A stretch of DNA of 64,000 nt from Candidatus Daviesbacteria bacterium (GTDB taxonomy: Bacteria > Patescibacteriota > Microgenomatia > Daviesbacterales > UBA10151). The position numbers were made by a program, and so were the translations under genes. The notes under the pieces were generated by a model. It ran no database searches. It saw only the letters and a list, made by a program, of their open reading frames with translations, and was not told the DNA's origin. Positions 60,549-64,000 of the stretch are shown here, in pieces. Location of the stretch: contig JACOXG010000004.1 in assembly GCA_016176405.1 (NCBI GenBank), forward strand, positions 9,082 through 73,081, read 5' to 3'. Position 1 is the first letter of the stretch; the number at the start of each line of letters is the position of its first letter.

Positions 60549-62267
60549 TCAGTCGGAAAATGGTAGCAGCTGCCAAAGCTCTTTTGGGTTTAATAAATTA
60601 GCCAAAATTGCTGGCTGAAGTTCACCAAAATCCAAGGTATTTAGACCTGATAAGACTTTTTGACGAATGGTTACAGGATGATAGGATTTTCTTTCCAAAG
60701 TAAAGTCAAAAGCGTAATCAGGCAGTAAGTACCTAGCCTCCATTTCCTTTGACAAACCATCATCATCAAGATTAACAGCTTGTAAACTCTCACCAGCCGG
60801 ACCTTCTATCCTGAGAAGATATTCACCCTCCGCTGATTCTTTCCATTTTAAAGAAGATTTTAATTTTAGGATGACAGGGGATTTAATTTGAGTATTAAAT
60901 TCTAAAGGAGGAGAATCAAATTGTCTGATATTTGAAAAGAGATTTAGAACACTCTTAAAAGGTCCTTTAATCGGTGCTTTAACACTAAAATTAAAGGTAT
61001 ATTCTTTTCCGGGCTCAACTTTTATATCTTTAGGTATTGGTATTTCTGCAATACCTGACTGATCAGCCCCTTGAATAAATTTAAGTTTGACTAAATCTCC
61101 ATCATTCCAAATTGACTGACCATTATTTTTAAATTTTAAGGAAATATTATATTCCTCTCCTGCTACCATAGTAGAAAATATTTCACCTTTTTCAAGTTGA
61201 GCTCTATTTTCTTGCCGAGGTTTTCCAGCTATTTTAGGCATATCTAAAATAGTTTGAAATTGAGGGTAAAACTCGGAAGACTCAACCTTTTTAAATGAAA
61301 AATGAGCAAATAAAGGTTCCTGATAACTTAGTAAAAATGGAGTAATGGCCACAATATTTTGAGAATTCCATGCTCCTTCAAAAGCATTTTTATAATGAGT
61401 AGCAACTGTGTCTGCACTTGGCAAAGATGGATCAAAGCTTACTCCCTCAGCATGTTTCCATCCGGTTTCAGTGATAAATACTGGTAAGTCTTTACTTAGC
61501 CCTAAACTTCTTAAAACTTGTAGCTCCCAAATATAAGTTTTGACAGTGCCTCTACCTACTGCAGTAGGAGAACCTCTAAATTCCGGATTTGGGTATGAAT
61601 GGGATACCCAGCCATCAAGTTTATTAAATATACCTGGAACAGCTTTTTCCATTTCTTGTAAAAATAATCTTTCATCAAAATAGTTAGGGGGCTGATGTGG
61701 GGCAGAAGCATCAAGACCCGCGTTAAGAACAAAAAAATCCTCAGATTTTTTCTTTAAAGCATCGATAGTTTTATTTAAAACTTGGGCATAAGAGATAGGA
61801 TCTGTCACATTATTCCACTCTTTGCCATGGTTGGGCTCATTGTAGATAATCACATATCTGTTTTTGGTAGGCCAATTCAGATTATCCAAAAAGTCTGCCC
61901 AAGCTTGTTCTTCTCCCTCATATGGCCTTTCCCAATGCTCATTTAAAGGTTTGGTAGCCAATCTGACAATGGGAATCAGATGTCTTTTTCTTAAATCATT
62001 AAAAAATTCCTGCCATTTTCCCTGATTCCTATCTTTACTCTCTATTAAAAAAGTAATATATCCCCAGTCTCCATTGGTATTTACCAACTGAGCAGCTGGA
62101 GAGGATTCATCAGGAGTAGCCTGAATAATATGGATGCCAAACTTGTTGTTTGGGACAGTGAGGGGGTCAACTATTGCTGAAACAGTGGACAGTGGACAGG
62201 TTACAGTGAACAGGTAGAATAAAATACTGTAACCTAATACCTGTAACCTAAAACCTAATTTGCTCAT
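60549..62267 (-). CDS. secreted glycoside-hydrolase-like (clan A TIM barrel) protein with Ig-like domain
   Basis: YNEPN acid/base, SHSYP, FITETGW nucleophile, KNNGQSIW Ig-like region. Confidence 0.72.
   Translation of the reverse strand: MSKLGFRLQVLGYSILFYLFTVTCPLSTVSAIVDPLTVPNNKFGIHIIQATPDESSPAAQLVNTNGDWGYITFLIESKDRNQGKWQEFFNDLRKRHLIPIVRLATKPLNEHWERPYEGEEQAWADFLDNLNWPTKNRYVIIYNEPNHGKEWNNVTDPISYAQVLNKTIDALKKKSEDFFVLNAGLDASAPHQPPNYFDERLFLQEMEKAVPGIFNKLDGWVSHSYPNPEFRGSPTAVGRGTVKTYIWELQVLRSLGLSKDLPVFITETGWKHAEGVSFDPSLPSADTVATHYKNAFEGAWNSQNIVAITPFLLSYQEPLFAHFSFKKVESSEFYPQFQTILDMPKIAGKPRQENRAQLEKGEIFSTMVAGEEYNISLKFKNNGQSIWNDGDLVKLKFIQGADQSGIAEIPIPKDIKVEPGKEYTFNFSVKAPIKGPFKSVLNLFSNIRQFDSPPLEFNTQIKSPVILKLKSSLKWKESAEGEYLLRIEGPAGESLQAVNLDDDGLSKEMEARYLLPDYAFDFTLERKSYHPVTIRQKVLSGLNTLDFGELQPAILANLLNPKELWQLLPFSD
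62182..62256. repeat. inverted heptamer arrays (ACAGTGG)n...(CTGTAAC)n encoding the signal peptide
   Basis: Translated on the minus strand as LGFRLQVLGYS...LFTVTCPLSTV. Confidence 0.75.
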
Positions 62268-62338
62268 AAGCTTTATATTTTATCATCTACTTGAAAGTAC
62301 TCCTTGACCTTTGGGTTTTATTGGGGTAATAATATAGC

Positions 62339-62399
62339 GTGTCACAAGTCAAGGGTCATGTGTCATGATACCTGATACATGATACTTGATACATGATCC
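62339..62399 (+). repeat. inverted heptamer arrays (GTGTCAT)n(GATACAT)n supplying the ATG at 62393
   Basis: GTGTCAC AAGTCAA GGGTCAT GTGTCAT GATACCT GATACAT GATACTT GATACAT. Confidence 0.75.
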
Positions 62400-62635
62400 A
62401 ACTCTCAGAACCTATTAAAGTTTGGGTATTTTTTGAAAATGGAACTTTAAAGCCTCATTTATTTTTCTGGAATAAAAGACAAATTAAAATAGAAAAAATT
62501 AATTTAGTTCATACCACTAAAAATGGCTCTTCTCCTGCTTATCATTTTTCAGTTTCCTCTAGAGGGAATTTTTACAGACTAGGATTTGATTTATTCACTT
62601 TAAAATGGTTTCTGGAGGCTGTGGAAGAGGGATAG
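62393..62635 (+). CDS. small beta-rich hypothetical protein upstream of dinB
   Basis: P..F.W..R...I..I...H...F.L.FD...KW.L pattern. Confidence 0.7.
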   Translation: MIQLSEPIKVWVFFENGTLKPHLFFWNKRQIKIEKINLVHTTKNGSSPAYHFSVSSRGNFYRLGFDLFTLKWFLEAVEEG

Positions 62636-63113
62636 CTGGTTGCTCCTGGGAGCTATGGGTTGATTCTGAAGAAGCAATTTCTCCAGGAAGTGGTCCGTGA
62701 AATATAGAACTACCAAGGGGACACGGCCTCCAAGAGACATCATTAGGTGCGTGGGTTTGGGGTAATTCCTTCTCTACCATGACACGTACAAATTAAAATA
62801 ACTGTTAAATTATGTCAAGAGGGATTTATGAGAACCATTTTACACATTGATTTTAACTCATACTTTGCCTCTGTTGAACAGCAGGCAAATCCACACCTTC
62901 GGGGTAAACCTATTGGGGTAACTGGAGGAGATAGACTAAAGAGGACAGTGATTGGGGCAGCCTCAATTGAGGCCAAAAAGTTTGGGGTAAAAACCAGGAG
63001 ATTCTGATAAGTATTTAGAAACAACCAAGAAATTTATAAATATTTTAAAGGACTTTAGCCCAAATTTGGAGGTGTTCTCTATAGATGAGTGCTTTTTGGA
63101 ATTACCCTTTTCT

Positions 63114-63188
63114 GTCATTCCTGCGAATGCAGGAATCCAATTAAATGAATCACGTTCGGAATTGGATCCCCGCCTACGCGGGGATGAC
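63114..63188 (+). repeat. GTCATTCC...GGGATGAC double-hairpin element in frame in dinB
   Basis: 75 bp, translated VIPANAGIQLNESRSELDPRLRGDD. Confidence 0.9.
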
Positions 63189-63728
63189 TTGGTAAAAGTT
63201 GCCCAAGATATTAAATCTCGTATCCGCTCTGAAATTGGAGAATGGATCAGATGCTCTATAGGTATTTCATATAACAAGCTCATGGCCAAGTTGGCTGGGT
63301 CTTTACAAAAACCGGATGGACTGGTGGTTATTCCAAACCAGAAAGAGGCTATCAAAGTGTTGGATAAGATAGAATTGGATGAAATTTGTGGGATCGGCGG
63401 AAGGATTAAAAAAAGATTAAATAATATGGGAGTGTTCGGTTTTAAACAGCTAAGATATGTACCTCTAGAGGCTCTGCTGGCCTCATTTAAGAGCTATGGA
63501 CAGATTTTATATAACATGGCTCGGGGAATAGATTATTCACCCATCATTCCCTTTTATGAAAAAGGAGAAGTAAAAAGTGTGGGGCATAGACATACCATTG
63601 ATCACGATACAAATGACCCAGCAGAAATAAAGCAAATTCTTTTAAAACTTACAGAACTGGTGGCCAGAAGACTGCGGGCTAAAAAAATGGTAGGGAAAAC
63701 TGTCCATTGTTGGTATCGTCAGGCATTC

Positions 63729-63777
63729 CACCTCCGAGGTGAACCCAGTATTTCAACTAGTGCACACCTCGGAGGTG
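63729..63777 (+). repeat. 49-bp REP doublet (REPIN-like) in frame in dinB
   Basis: CACCTCCGAGGTG-23 nt-CACCTCGGAGGTG, translated HLRGEPSISTSAHLGGV. Confidence 0.92.
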
Positions 63778-64000
63778 TATTTTCGGGAGATGGGATGCAG
63801 ATGACTATCTCTTACAGCAATGATGGATTGGCAATCTTCCATGCAGCCTGGAAAATTTTCCAGAAACTGTGGAATGAAGACAAGATTAGAATGGTTGGTG
63901 TATCCATATCTAACCTCAAATCCCAAAATCCTCAGAATCTATCATTACTTGAAGATTTTTTAACTCAGGAAAAAATTATTCAAACCATGGATAAAATTAA

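Larger units (their letters stand above)
62828..64000 (+). pseudogene. dinB: Y-family DNA polymerase IV, frameshifted at ~62994, 3' partial
   Basis: [18 protein letters not shown]...[13 protein letters not shown], then FSIDECF, GISYNKLMAKLA, KPDG and CGIG in the next frame. Confidence 0.9.

Noticed and set aside
62891-62905. CCACACCTTCGGGGT (NPHLRGKP) in dinB resembles the REP-derived HLRG peptide
   Set aside because: It matches the conserved DinB P-x-L-R-G-K-P motif, is not the same palindrome and has no partner half.
62963-63355. 130-aa minus-strand ORF
   Set aside because: Antisense shadow of dinB; open partly because the repeat lacks stop codons.
1-64000. CRISPR array, rRNA, integrase/prophage, reverse transcriptase
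   Set aside because: No regularly spaced repeat-spacer array or diagnostic motifs were seen. The holin-family gene is the housekeeping YvlD type.

Overview
AT-rich bacterial chromosomal window. Gene content and style suggest Patescibacteria/CPR, Microgenomates-like (inference). It holds five tRNAs; lexA; a two-component system followed by a type IV pilus cluster with an inverted GT-C-like glycosyltransferase; uvrB-uvrA-uvrC; secG; dipZ/thioredoxin; typA; a DEAD-box helicase; a pentose-phosphate cluster (ROK, gnd, zwf, tkt, tal, pgi/pmi); a MacAB-like ABC exporter; gmk; a GH18 hydrolase; and a dinB cassette. The most striking signal is a REP-associated tyrosine transposase (RAYT, 48841-49482) flanked by ACCTCGGAGGT palindromes. 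Inverted doublets of the same palindrome (49 bp, fixed 23-nt spacer) sit in frame inside uvrB, uvrA and dinB, adding HLRGE...HLGGV peptides. Other palindromic families, some nested, and inverted heptamer arrays are also translated as parts of proteins, and they cluster in DNA-repair genes. Also seen: two candidate structured ncRNAs, a ~56-bp insertion at a tRNA-Arg 3' end, widespread leaderless-type promoters and a candidate TTCGGG LexA box. Several short deletions and duplications frameshift genes (uvrA twice, tkt, dinB, the PEP-utilising gene); these may be assembly errors.
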